Below, one piece after another: positions 9,181 to 18,888 of a stretch of 64,000 nucleotides of DNA (positions are counted from its first letter, which is position 1; the number at the start of each line of letters is the position of its first letter). This DNA comes from Candidatus Enterousia sp. Lineage in GTDB: Bacteria > Pseudomonadota > Alphaproteobacteria > Rs-D84. Location of the stretch: contig JAZQCH010000001.1 in the NCBI GenBank assembly GCA_045546195.1, forward strand, positions 39,362-103,361, in the 5' to 3' direction. The notes under the pieces are model-generated. The model was not told where the DNA came from, did no database searches, and was given only the letters and a program-made list of their open reading frames with translations. A program made the position numbers and the translations under genes.

Positions 9181-10812
9181 TTATTCAAATAGCAACGGCA
9201 GTATCCCATCCAGAATTTTTCCCGTTGTCGGCACCGCGTTCCATGCCGCCGTACGCCACCCCCACGATTCCTTGGTTCCCTGGGGTTCATCCAGCACAAC
9301 TAAAATTGTGTACTGTGGCGCATTAACTGGGAATATCCCCACAAATGCTGTCACATTACGTTTATGGTCAACCTTGCCATTGGTGTACTTAACCGCAGTC
9401 GCTGTTTTACCGCCAATTTGAATACCCGCAACACGCGCCTGCTTTCCACTGGTTTCTTCGGCGACACGCAACATAATTGGCCGCAATTTTGCCGAAATTT
9501 CATCGCTCAACACGCGTTCCCCGCGCACGACACCAACACTGCGCTTCTGTAATGTCGGATAAATATAAATTCCCCCATTTGTCACCGCATTAACCGCCAA
9601 CATCAGATGCATCGGCGTCACCGACACCCCGTGTCCATACGCGCGTGTTGCGCGTTCCACCGGCCCCCACTTATTCGGCAACAGCGGTTTTTCCGTACGC
9701 CCGAACTCTAAATCCAACGCTTCATCAAAATGCAGTCTTTCAAAGAATTCCTTTTGTGCCCCATCCGGCAAATCCAGTGCAATTTGCGCACTGCCGACAT
9801 TACACGAATGAACCATAATTTCTTCGACCGACATATGTGGACGTGGCGGCTTAAAACTGCGAATATCTGTAATTCTTGCGGCGACCCGCCCAAATTTATC
9901 AGGGATAACGAACGGTTCTTTGACATAGTATTCTTTGGTAATACCATTTTCCAATGCCAACGCAGTATTAAATATTTTGAAAATAGACCCCAATTCAAAC
10001 ACACTGCGCATCGGCTTTGACAAACGGTTTGCCACCGGATCCGCTGACAAATTTTCTGGGTCATAATCCGGCAAAGAAACCATCGCGATAATTTCCCCTG
10101 TACGCGAATTCATCAGCATACCCATTGCCGCCCGCGTTCCATACTTTTGCATTGCGAACGCCAACTGGTCATAGAACACCGACTGCACACGCGAATCCAA
10201 CGACAACCGCAACGGGTCTTTATTTTCCGTCAGATAATCTTCATAAATTCTTTCCGCCCCTTCCAGTCCACGCCCTTCGGCACCAACGAACCCAACAACA
10301 TGAGAGAACAATCTGCGTTTTGGATATTTACGCGTTTGAATTTTTTCAATTTCCAACCCTTCTAACCGCGCCTTTTGAATAATTTCACGTTGGGCATCAC
10401 TTGCGTATTTTTTCAGCCTAATAAATCGTCTGTCTGAATTAACCAACGCAATCGCATCCGCCAACGAATATTCATATGGCAACGCCTGGTGTATTGTCTG
10501 GGCGACGGCATCACGGTCCTGTTCACGCACCGCACGATTACGCAATATAATATGCCCTGATGCAACGTTTTTCGCCAAAATATCGCCATTTCTGTCCACG
10601 ATGTCTGCGCGCTGTACGTTCCACTCGCCATCTGCCCCGGCCAGACGCGCACGGTCTGTTCCCTGAATCCCCAGTTGTAATGTTCGCCCAATAAATATCA
10701 CAAACGCAATCAAGAACACAGTGTACATAACACGCAGACGCTTGCGTCCGACAACTTCACCACGTGCACCTGAAAACCCATGCCTAAAAATATCCTTGCC
10801 GACTTCGAACAT
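9181..10812 (-). CDS. ftsI: Peptidoglycan D,D-transpeptidase FtsI (class B PBP)
   Basis: N-terminal TM, dimerisation domain, transpeptidase motifs (SxxK context SIFKI, SCN, KTAT); immediately downstream of an ftsL-like gene. Confidence 0.8.
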   Translation of the reverse strand: MFEVGKDIFRHGFSGARGEVVGRKRLRVMYTVFLIAFVIFIGRTLQLGIQGTDRARLAGADGEWNVQRADIVDRNGDILAKNVASGHIILRNRAVREQDRDAVAQTIHQALPYEYSLADAIALVNSDRRFIRLKKYASDAQREIIQKARLEGLEIEKIQTRKYPKRRLFSHVVGFVGAEGRGLEGAERIYEDYLTENKDPLRLSLDSRVQSVFYDQLAFAMQKYGTRAAMGMLMNSRTGEIIAMVSLPDYDPENLSADPVANRLSKPMRSVFELGSIFKIFNTALALENGITKEYYVKEPFVIPDKFGRVAARITDIRSFKPPRPHMSVEEIMVHSCNVGSAQIALDLPDGAQKEFFERLHFDEALDLEFGRTEKPLLPNKWGPVERATRAYGHGVSVTPMHLMLAVNAVTNGGIYIYPTLQKRSVGVVRGERVLSDEISAKLRPIMLRVAEETSGKQARVAGIQIGGKTATAVKYTNGKVDHKRNVTAFVGIFPVNAPQYTILVVLDEPQGTKESWGWRTAAWNAVPTTGKILDGILPLLFE

Positions 10813-11106
10813 TTATAACGCTTCTTTGAATCCTATTTCATTAACCGCGATTGATTTATTAAAACTAACCACTTCTGACTTTGGCACCAGGCTGACCACC
10901 AAATTACGCAATATTTCCGGCCGTACATATGCGGCAAAGTTCGCTTCGCCCACGGCAATCTGCTGCTGGGTGGCGACAATTTCACGTCTGACACGATTTA
11001 ATTGACGATTTTGTGTACGGAACGCCACCTGCAGTATCACCGTCATCAGCAACACAACACCAACCGACCACATACCAATCTGAAACATCTTTTCATCGTC
11101 TTGCAT
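10813..11106 (-). CDS. ftsL: Cell-division protein FtsL-like (small bitopic protein)
   Basis: 97 aa with a single TM and a coiled-coil segment; stop abuts the ftsI start with 0 nt gap. Confidence 0.5.
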   Translation of the reverse strand: MQDDEKMFQIGMWSVGVVLLMTVILQVAFRTQNRQLNRVRREIVATQQQIAVGEANFAAYVRPEILRNLVVSLVPKSEVVSFNKSIAVNEIGFKEAL

Positions 11107-11145
11107 ACACCGCCCCCCGTTCCAATATGCTTTAACGGCATTTTA

Positions 11146-11508
11146 TCACAAATTCTGAAAAAAACGAATCATAGAATTAACACCATTTAACCGCCCCGCC
11201 CCCAGATTTAATTTCAGCGACGCAAATTCCCCTGCTAAATCCATATTTTTAATTTCATCCATCGTGTGTCCATCCACCATCGCAACCAGTATCGCAACAA
11301 TCCCGCGCACAATCGCCGAATCGGCGACACCATAAAATCGATTCCCACACCGACAAATTTGAACGAACGACGCACAACCCAAAATTTCTGTACACTCTGC
11401 GCCATCTGGCACCGCGGGCAACCCTTTGCCAAAATCCATAACCATTTCCAAACGAATCGCCGGATCATCCACCATCATCAGCATACTTTTCATATCCGCA
11501 TATGTCAT
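11146..11508 (-). CDS. sufE: SufE-like cysteine desulfuration (sulfur acceptor) protein
   Basis: Conserved Cys in the ILGCASFV context; size 120 aa; adjacent to a cysteine desulfurase and a DUF59 protein. Confidence 0.6.
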   Translation of the reverse strand: MTYADMKSMLMMVDDPAIRLEMVMDFGKGLPAVPDGAECTEILGCASFVQICRCGNRFYGVADSAIVRGIVAILVAMVDGHTMDEIKNMDLAGEFASLKLNLGAGRLNGVNSMIRFFQNL

Positions 11509-11511
11509 GAA

Positions 11512-11826
11512 TTACCACCCTTCGTTCGTTAAATCCAGTTCCACCCGCGCCGCGTCCGACATCCGTGACAAATCCCATGGCGGGTCCCAAACTAAATCCA
11601 CACGCACCGGCACATCACCTGCGACCGATTGTGCGGCGGCCCGCACCTGTTCCAACAATTCTTCCATCATCGGACATGTCGGACTGGTAAATGTCATTTT
11701 TATAACGACCGCGCCCGCCCCAATATCGATATCATAAATCAACCCCATATCCCATATATTCACCGGAATTTCTGGGTCATAGATTGTTTTTAACGCGGCA
11801 ATAATATCTTCTTTTGTGAACATCAT
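11512..11826 (-). CDS. DUF59 / SufT-MIP18 family Fe-S cluster assembly protein
   Basis: Motifs IYDPEIPVNIWDMGLIY and TSPTCPMME (conserved Cys) typical of DUF59. Confidence 0.65.
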   Translation of the reverse strand: MMFTKEDIIAALKTIYDPEIPVNIWDMGLIYDIDIGAGAVVIKMTFTSPTCPMMEELLEQVRAAAQSVAGDVPVRVDLVWDPPWDLSRMSDAARVELDLTNEGW

Positions 11827-12911
11827 TTTATAATATCTTTTATTACCTGAACCGCATACTTTACATCATCAATTGTGTTGTATGCCCCAACCGACAAACG
11901 AATCGACCCCGACACCCCCAACCGATTATGTATCCATGTTGCGCACATATTACCCACACGCACACAAACATTACGCGCCCCCATCATGGCACCAAAATCC
12001 AACGCATGTATTCCATCAACTACAAATGTTAACACCGCCGCATCACGCACAGACAAAATCTTAACCCGTGGCACGGAACACAGTTCATCATACATATATT
12101 TAATTAAATCCAAGTTTGGGCGTTTTGCTTCAATTTCATCAATCGCCACGCCCAGGCCTGAAATCTGACTTAACGGCAAAGTACCCGCCTCGAACTTTTC
12201 GGGGCCACCCACCAAAACAACATCACGCCCAACAACCCTGTTGACCATACCGCCACCAAAATTTACAGGCGCAAAATCATCTGGATTTTTAATGTACATA
12301 ATCCCCAGACCTGTGTCCGCCCCAATTTTATGTGCCGACCACACAACAAAGTCTGCCCCCCATCCATCAACGTCAATTTTTTCATGAACCACATATTGCG
12401 CCGCGTCCACCACAACGATAACATTTGGATTTTTATCACGCGCTATACGCACGATTTCCGGGATTTTTTGCGCCATCCCCAAAACATTAGACATCGCCGT
12501 CAGCACAACAACATCTGCGCATGGGATATTGTTTATATCAATATTAAAGTCTGTATCCAACGGCATAACAATCGTTTTTGCCGCGGTTTCTTCAAACGGC
12601 AAACGCGCACTGTGGTGATCCAAATCAGACACCGCCACAACCATATCCGATGTCAAATCCAGCATCTGCGCAATCATATTCATCGCGCCGGTTGTTCCCG
12701 ACGTGAACACAATTTGATTTTCATCTGCGCCCATAAAACGCGCCACACGCCTGCGCGCACACAAAACCATATCATCAACATATGCCGCACGCGCACAAAT
12801 TCCACGTCCAGAATTCGCATAATTATTGCGCAAAAAATCAACCTGAGCCCCGATTACAGACTCTGGCTTTTGATAAGTTGCCGCAGCATCTAAGTATATG
12901 ATTTTATTCAT
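11823..12911 (-). CDS. Cysteine desulfurase (class V aminotransferase fold, SufS/NifS-like)
   Basis: PLP-lysine context SAHKIGADTGLG and C-terminal Cys-containing region; 4-nt overlap with the DUF59 gene. Confidence 0.7.
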   Translation of the reverse strand: MNKIIYLDAAATYQKPESVIGAQVDFLRNNYANSGRGICARAAYVDDMVLCARRRVARFMGADENQIVFTSGTTGAMNMIAQMLDLTSDMVVAVSDLDHHSARLPFEETAAKTIVMPLDTDFNIDINNIPCADVVVLTAMSNVLGMAQKIPEIVRIARDKNPNVIVVVDAAQYVVHEKIDVDGWGADFVVWSAHKIGADTGLGIMYIKNPDDFAPVNFGGGMVNRVVGRDVVLVGGPEKFEAGTLPLSQISGLGVAIDEIEAKRPNLDLIKYMYDELCSVPRVKILSVRDAAVLTFVVDGIHALDFGAMMGARNVCVRVGNMCATWIHNRLGVSGSIRLSVGAYNTIDDVKYAVQVIKDIIK

Positions 12912-12940
12912 TTATGATTTCTCTTGCTTTTTGGACGGAT

Positions 12941-12946
12941 TATAAT
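12941..12946 (+). promoter_or_regulatory. Candidate -10 hexamer TATAAT upstream of trxA. The -35 is not confidently assigned.
   Basis: Consensus TATAAT ~40 nt upstream of the trxA ATG; strong SD aaaggagaaagcATG. Confidence 0.3.
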
Positions 12947-12984
12947 ACACTTCTGCCAAATATCAATAACAGAAAGGAGAAAGC

Positions 12985-13302
12985 ATGGCAATCACACACG
13001 CGAACGACGCAACAATTGATACATTTATCGGTGACGGCATCACATTGGTGGATTTCTGGGCATCTTGGTGCGGTCCATGTCGTATGTTTGGTCCAATTTT
13101 TGAATCTGCTTCTGACAAGGCGCCTGATGTAAAATTCATTAAATTTGAAATTGACGAAACGAATCGACGCACACCTGCCAAATATGGCATCCGCAGCATC
13201 CCATCGGTCTTGGCATTTAAAAATGGCGAACTGGTCGAAGCGCGCACAGGCCTAATGGACGAAGAAACAGTCCTGGCATGGATACAAGAATTAAAGGGTT
13301 AA
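12985..13302 (+). CDS. trxA: Thioredoxin
   Basis: WCGPC active site, 105 aa. Confidence 0.9.
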   Translation: MAITHANDATIDTFIGDGITLVDFWASWCGPCRMFGPIFESASDKAPDVKFIKFEIDETNRRTPAKYGIRSIPSVLAFKNGELVEARTGLMDEETVLAWIQELKG

Positions 13303-13306
13303 TACC

Positions 13307-13741
13307 ATGGCAAAAACAGAAGATTACAAGACACTTGAACTGCCCAAGAATTACAAACCTAAAAAGTCCGAGCCATATATGTGCCCAACACAATTGGCAT
13401 ACTTTTATAATATATTAAACGCCCAGCGCGAAGAACTGGAAAGCAACAGCAGCTCTGTACTGAACGCAATTCGCCTGGCCGATAAAACCGAAGCCGTCGG
13501 CGTAGGTGACGAATCGGATAACGCAACATACAACCAAGATATCACGATGGACCTGCGTATGTCCGACCGCAACAATAAATTATTACAAAAGGTCAAAGCC
13601 GCCCTGGATCGCATCGCAAACGGCACTTATGGTTTCAGCGTGGTATCCGGCGACGAAATTGGGATTCAGCGTATGATGGCGCGCCCACTGGCCACCATGA
13701 CGGTCGAAGAACAAGAAGAATACGAAGCCCGCAAGGCTTAA
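13307..13741 (+). CDS. dksA: RNA polymerase-binding regulator of the DksA family, a variant lacking the Cys4 zinc finger
   Basis: Coiled-coil tip DESDNA (DxxDxA); C-terminal GTYGFSVVSGDEI...ATMTVEE aligns to the DksA zinc-finger region with all four Cys replaced. Confidence 0.6.
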   Translation: MAKTEDYKTLELPKNYKPKKSEPYMCPTQLAYFYNILNAQREELESNSSSVLNAIRLADKTEAVGVGDESDNATYNQDITMDLRMSDRNNKLLQKVKAALDRIANGTYGFSVVSGDEIGIQRMMARPLATMTVEEQEEYEARKA

Positions 13742-13772
13742 AAAAAATCCCACCAAACGGTGGGATTTTTTA
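13742..13772 (+). terminator. Terminator reading on both strands (atcccaccaaacggtgggat plus T-run) between dksA and the convergent hlyIII-like gene
   Basis: Inverted repeat 13747-13766 flanked by A-run and T-run. Confidence 0.6.
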
Positions 13773-14507
13773 TAAATCCAAAATACAACCGAACAGAACG
13801 GCAAAAAAGAAACAAACCGTTCCCCCAATTACAAACAGGTGCCACACTGCGTGTGAAAACTTCATCCGTCGCCACAGATAGAATATCACACCAATCGTGT
13901 ACGCCAGGCCGCCAGCCAAAATAAACCACAGACCACGTTCCGGGATATTCCGAATCATCGCTGGCAATATGAACAACAATGTCCACCCCATCGCAACATA
14001 CAAACCAACCATCCACTTTGGCTGTTGTCGCGGATTTTTAATCTTCATATATGACCCAAACAATACAATCGCCCACAGGATTCCAAACACCGTCCACCCA
14101 ATCAGCCCACGCAGATTCACCAACAAAAACGGCGTATAGGTCCCCGCAATCAGCGCATAAATTGCCACACTATCCCACACTTCAAAAAAACACTCGTGCT
14201 TTTTACCAATCGTTGCATGACACATTGTTGACCCAAAATACAGCGTTATCATCGTAACGCCAAAAATCGCACATGACACAATTGCCCATGGGTCACCTTT
14301 GATTCCAGCGAACACCACCAACAGCGTCAACGCCGCAATGGCCAACCCAATACCAATACCATGTGTTAAAATATTAACAACTTCTTCGGCGTGGGTTGAT
14401 GGCTTTTCCCAGCGAAACAACCCCGTCGCCCGCAGAACCTTTAATAATTTTGACGCATGTTCATCTTTTTTTACCGCGCGTATCCGCGCCCTTTTTTCCT
14501 TGGTCAT
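13770..14507 (-). CDS. Hemolysin III / PAQR family 7-TM membrane protein
   Basis: Seven hydrophobic segments with conserved His-containing motifs (NILTHGIGIG, HATIGKKHE, SHAVWHLFV). Confidence 0.7.
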   Translation of the reverse strand: MTKEKRARIRAVKKDEHASKLLKVLRATGLFRWEKPSTHAEEVVNILTHGIGIGLAIAALTLLVVFAGIKGDPWAIVSCAIFGVTMITLYFGSTMCHATIGKKHECFFEVWDSVAIYALIAGTYTPFLLVNLRGLIGWTVFGILWAIVLFGSYMKIKNPRQQPKWMVGLYVAMGWTLLFILPAMIRNIPERGLWFILAGGLAYTIGVIFYLWRRMKFSHAVWHLFVIGGTVCFFFAVLFGCILDL

Positions 14508-16081
14508 TTTATCGCCCCTTCGATTCGTTTAACAACGCGTTCCCCGCCCATAACAGACATAATTGAATACAAATCTGGCGTATTTGTGCGACCCGCCAAT
14601 GCCACACGCAGGTTCATTGCCACATCACCATTTTTTACACCAGTCCTTTCGGCAACTGCGACAATTTTTGCCCACCATGTATCCTTATCATCCGCCGCGT
14701 CATATGTCGCCAAAAACTCACGCAACACATCATTATTAAATTCGTATTCTGTGTTTGCCACAAACAATTCATCCCAGAAAAACGCAACATTTTCCAACGT
14801 CTGGGACCATGTAATAAAGTCTTTACGCACACGCTTTGGATTATCGCGTTCAATCCCCAGAACACCGGTCAGATAATCTATATCCGCCACCTGCATCCGA
14901 TTCGTTTCGGTTCCATATTCATTTGCCCAACGCACAACACGCGCAACCAATTCCGGCACAGGCAGGCCGCCAATAAATTCCTTGGCCCACCATTCTAATT
15001 TTTTCATATCAAACAGCGCGCCCGACATTGGAATTTTCTTTGCGCGCATTTCATAATCCCAGAACGACTTTACCTGTCCCTTCATTTTGGCTTCTTCATA
15101 ACCCGACGCCGCAATATTCCCCAGATATTCAATCACAGATTCAACCGGCCAACCCGCACTCAGGAAAAACGCAACATTTGCCTCAGGGTCCTTACGCTTG
15201 GACAATTTACGTTGCTTGCCTGTTTCCTCATCAATCTTGTCAATTGTTGATGTATGAATATACAGTGGTGCACACCACCCCATCATACGAAACAATTGTA
15301 CATGTAATGGCAATGATGGCAACCACTCTTCCCCACGAATAACATGCGTTGTACGCATAAAATGGTCATCACATAAATGCGCGAAATGATATGTCGGCAA
15401 ACCATCATTTGATTTGATTAAAACAATATCTTCGTTATTTTCTGGGAACCCGATTGACCCACGAACCGCATCTTTACAGAAAATTCTTTGTTCTGGATTA
15501 CCCATTGAATACAAACGAATTGTCGGCACCAAACCATTATCCAGATGCGCAACAATTTCTTCTTCGGTCAAATTTCTGTCACGTGCAAATTCACCATAGA
15601 TACCCGTTGCGAACCCTGCCGCCTTTTGATTTTCACGGATTTGTTCCATATCTGCCGCCGTCAAGAAACACGGATACGCCATCCCCTGCTCTAACAAATG
15701 TGCAACAACACTGTGGTAAATATCCTTGCGCTGCGACTGATAATATGGCCCATATTTTTCATCATTATTGTATTTCAGTCCGAATCGGTTCATAGATTCA
15801 TTGATAATTTGAACAGCATCGGCAACTTCGCGCTTTGTATCTGTATCTTCGATACGCAGCATAAATACCCCACCCGACTGCTGTGCTAATTTACAATCAA
15901 TCAACGCGCCATACAACCCGCCAATATGCATATATCCCGTTGGACTGGGGGCAAAACGCGTCACCATTGCGCCTTCGCCCAAGTTGCGTAGTGGAAATTT
16001 CTCTTCTAATTCCGCAATTGTATATTTTGGTGCCGCGCCCAACACACGTGCGATTAAATCTTTTGATAAACCAGTTCTCAT
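14504..16081 (-). CDS. gltX: Glutamate--tRNA ligase. It may start at the internal Met at ~15967.
   Basis: HIGG (HIGH) motif in RFAPSPTGYMHIGG; KMSKS-like KLSKR; the ~38-aa N-terminal extension relative to typical GluRS suggests an alternative start. Confidence 0.85.
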   Translation of the reverse strand: MRTGLSKDLIARVLGAAPKYTIAELEEKFPLRNLGEGAMVTRFAPSPTGYMHIGGLYGALIDCKLAQQSGGVFMLRIEDTDTKREVADAVQIINESMNRFGLKYNNDEKYGPYYQSQRKDIYHSVVAHLLEQGMAYPCFLTAADMEQIRENQKAAGFATGIYGEFARDRNLTEEEIVAHLDNGLVPTIRLYSMGNPEQRIFCKDAVRGSIGFPENNEDIVLIKSNDGLPTYHFAHLCDDHFMRTTHVIRGEEWLPSLPLHVQLFRMMGWCAPLYIHTSTIDKIDEETGKQRKLSKRKDPEANVAFFLSAGWPVESVIEYLGNIAASGYEEAKMKGQVKSFWDYEMRAKKIPMSGALFDMKKLEWWAKEFIGGLPVPELVARVVRWANEYGTETNRMQVADIDYLTGVLGIERDNPKRVRKDFITWSQTLENVAFFWDELFVANTEYEFNNDVLREFLATYDAADDKDTWWAKIVAVAERTGVKNGDVAMNLRVALAGRTNTPDLYSIMSVMGGERVVKRIEGAIK

Positions 16082-16128
16082 CGTATATATTCCTTGTATT
16101 TTTAATAACCCAATTCTATACTAAAACT

Positions 16129-16749
16129 ATGGAAAAACAAGAAATAAGAACATTTGGTCGCCGTCACGGCAAAAAATTATCCACGCGTCAACAAACATTG
16201 ATTGACAACCTGTTGCCAACATTGAAACCAGAAACCGGCGACATATTGGAAATCGGCTTTGGCGCGGGCGAACATGTACGCGACCTGGCGCGCGCAAATC
16301 CGGACAAAATTATTATTGGCGCCGAACCATTTATGAACGGTGTGGCATCCCTGCTGTCCGCCATAACCGATGAAAATTCGAATCAGGTTTTGAACGAATA
16401 CAAAAACATCCGCATCTGGGCGGATGACGTGCGTGACTTTCTGCGCCAAACCGATTCGAAATTCGAACAAATTTGGATTTTACACCCCGACCCCTGGCCG
16501 AAAGCCCGTCATGAAAAACGTCGCTTGCTGTCGTCGGATTTTTTAAATCTGCTATCAAAATATTTGTCCAACAATGGTGAAATTATTATTGGCACAGATC
16601 ATTGGGAATATTTTGATTGGATTTTGGAACAAATAAAAAACACACGCCTGTCTGCGACAATCCCAGACATGGAAGTTATTCAAACGCGCTATCAACATAA
16701 AAACAAGGCCGGCACAGTCGCCCCAAAATACCTAGTCCTTAAAAACTAA
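16129..16749 (+). CDS. trmB: tRNA (guanine-N7)-methyltransferase
   Basis: The ATG at 16129 starts MEKQEIRTFGRRHGKKLS...; SAM-binding EIGFGAGEH. Confidence 0.8.
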   Translation: MEKQEIRTFGRRHGKKLSTRQQTLIDNLLPTLKPETGDILEIGFGAGEHVRDLARANPDKIIIGAEPFMNGVASLLSAITDENSNQVLNEYKNIRIWADDVRDFLRQTDSKFEQIWILHPDPWPKARHEKRRLLSSDFLNLLSKYLSNNGEIIIGTDHWEYFDWILEQIKNTRLSATIPDMEVIQTRYQHKNKAGTVAPKYLVLKN

Positions 16750-17446
16750 TCCAAAAACGCAACCCATCCATCAGCATTGGCCGCACCTGTTGTACCAAAC
16801 GTTGCGCCTGCTCTATACGCATGAAATTCGGGCCAAACGCAAAATGCAGATTAAATTTATTTTGTAAATCCCATGCGTTTAACATAGCATATATTCGTCC
16901 AACAAAATCAGATTTATCACCCGTATCCTGCGTAAACGCGAACACAACCGACGAAGCATTTATTTTACGCAAATTCGCAAAGACATTACCCCAATCAAAC
17001 GGCCCTATATCACCAATATCCAGGCCAATTGATAAATCCTTGTTAAAAAACAAATCATCACGTACCACATGTGTCTGTTCAACTAAATCGCCCAATGCAT
17101 CGACACCAACAAACACCTGTGCACCATTTGCCCCCTGGCGCAACGTTGAATTTATCCGCACAGTAATATCCGACACATGTTCTTCTGTAATCTTTTTATG
17201 TTCCAAATAAAACCGCGTCATAATCTTGACCGGTCGCCCTTCTAGCCATGGCCACACAGTCTGAATCATATTTGGCGCGACCGAAATATCCGACAACTGT
17301 CGTGCGTTTGCGAACTGAACCGCATCTGCCAAGTCCGTGGCGTCCATATCCGTGGCACACCACAACGCAGCCCCTGTTCCAATCGCATCAAAAATAACAC
17401 TTTTATCAATCATTATGCTTTTTAGTTTATCACAATTATGATACAA
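16739..17446 (-). CDS. Hypothetical protein (235 aa), probably an alpha/beta-barrel-type enzyme. No family is assigned from sequence.
   Basis: Uninterrupted ORF convergent with trmB; no recognisable motif. Confidence 0.4.
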   Translation of the reverse strand: MYHNCDKLKSIMIDKSVIFDAIGTGAALWCATDMDATDLADAVQFANARQLSDISVAPNMIQTVWPWLEGRPVKIMTRFYLEHKKITEEHVSDITVRINSTLRQGANGAQVFVGVDALGDLVEQTHVVRDDLFFNKDLSIGLDIGDIGPFDWGNVFANLRKINASSVVFAFTQDTGDKSDFVGRIYAMLNAWDLQNKFNLHFAFGPNFMRIEQAQRLVQQVRPMLMDGLRFWISF

Positions 17447-17457
17447 TTAAAAACGTT

Positions 17458-18360
17458 ATGAGGGATAAATTAAACAACTTTTTACTTGCAACACTGTGGC
17501 TGCTGATATCGACACTGTTGGCATGCTTTTGGTTTAACATCCGATTCGGATTCAACATTTTTTCGTCCGCGCACTGGCACCACCTGGCATATATGCAGGC
17601 CGCCCAAAACCCGGTCAGTCCAACATTTTACATATCTGTCGTCATATCCGTTATCGTTATAATCTATGGTCTGTATCTAACAATCCGCCCACGGTTCAAA
17701 CACATAAAACTGCGCCACGCGCCACAAATCACACCACCACGCACCCAACAACAGCCCGCCCCATCGACCGCGCCACAAGCACAAAACATCGCACCTGCGC
17801 CGGTCACGCCCCCCGTCACCGCACCAACTGTTGCCACACCTGAACCAACACTGGCACGACCACCACGTTTAAACATCGCGGTCACGCCCCAGTTATTCAG
17901 TGCCCCACCCCCAACACCACAACCGACACAGACCACACAATCTAACAATGATTGGTCTGAAATCCGTGAAATATTTGAATCCACCGGCTATACGGTCAAG
18001 GGTGCCCCACGCATCAGTGGCACGCAAACCGCGGTACTTGCGATTGGCACAGACGAAGTTTTGTGGTTGGGTGCTGTTGGCGTTCCAACATCTGCCCTGA
18101 AATCCGCAATTGACACAATCAATCAAATCTTTTCGGACACACTGGACGACATAATAATTAACGTCAACGGCTTTGTTATATCTGCCCCCGACGCAGATTC
18201 ACCTGCGGCCCCTGACATACTAACATTTGACACACCGGCCGGTCTGCGCCAATATATGTCTGAACACAAAAACCTGCCGCTGGGCGAAGATGACGTCGAA
18301 AACTTTGACGCGTTTTCAACCTATATATCAACCGTAATTGATTACATCGGGAAAATGTGA
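17458..18360 (+). CDS. Membrane protein with two N-terminal TM helices, a Pro/Thr/Gln-rich linker and a C-terminal globular domain of unknown function
   Basis: Hydrophobic segments LLATLWLLISTLLACFWF and FYISVVISVIVIIYGLYL; low-complexity PAPSTAPQAQNIAPAPVTPPVTAPTVATPEP; first gene of a four-gene unit. Confidence 0.55.
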   Translation: MRDKLNNFLLATLWLLISTLLACFWFNIRFGFNIFSSAHWHHLAYMQAAQNPVSPTFYISVVISVIVIIYGLYLTIRPRFKHIKLRHAPQITPPRTQQQPAPSTAPQAQNIAPAPVTPPVTAPTVATPEPTLARPPRLNIAVTPQLFSAPPPTPQPTQTTQSNNDWSEIREIFESTGYTVKGAPRISGTQTAVLAIGTDEVLWLGAVGVPTSALKSAIDTINQIFSDTLDDIIINVNGFVISAPDADSPAAPDILTFDTPAGLRQYMSEHKNLPLGEDDVENFDAFSTYISTVIDYIGKM

Positions 18361-18863
18361 TGCAACTAAATGCTGGTACTGCTGAAAAAATAATATCGGA
18401 CATGGGGATGTCAGACCTGCCCCTGGTTGAAATTCGTCCAACGCCAACCACCGTTTCCCCCGACTGGTTTTCACGCTATAAAAGGTTATGCCACGAATTT
18501 ATGGCATCACTAACGGACTCGGCCGAAACACTGGCATTCATGAATTTAACCCAGGACGAATTCATGTCCATAATAATGGGACGTGACCTGCCCCAGAACA
18601 TATCAATTCGTTTTCGCACGCCACTGGTATGGGGTGGCAAACTGGAAATTGATAATTTATTTATGTGCTGGACATACCCACACTCTTACAACATGGACCG
18701 GTTTATAATTTCCCAATCTGGCGCCCAAACAATATGGATGCCCAATCCTGCGAAAAAGATTTATCTGCCTGCGCACACCGCAGGTGGTGGTGACGGTGGC
18801 AACGCAACCGAAGACAGACTGGCGCAAATCAGTGCCCAAATCGCCGCCGATCGTGACATGTAA
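18357..18863 (+). CDS. Hypothetical protein (168 aa), translationally coupled to the upstream gene through an ATGA overlap
   Basis: Start overlaps the upstream stop; no recognisable family. Confidence 0.5.
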   Translation: MMQLNAGTAEKIISDMGMSDLPLVEIRPTPTTVSPDWFSRYKRLCHEFMASLTDSAETLAFMNLTQDEFMSIIMGRDLPQNISIRFRTPLVWGGKLEIDNLFMCWTYPHSYNMDRFIISQSGAQTIWMPNPAKKIYLPAHTAGGGDGGNATEDRLAQISAQIAADRDM

Positions 18864-18888
18864 AATAAAACAATAACGGTAATAAAAA

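Noticed and set aside
12330-12893. 187-aa plus-strand ORF (His/Arg-rich) inside the cysteine desulfurase gene
   Set aside because: Antisense to a well-supported CDS, with low-complexity, compositionally odd translation. Typical shadow ORF.
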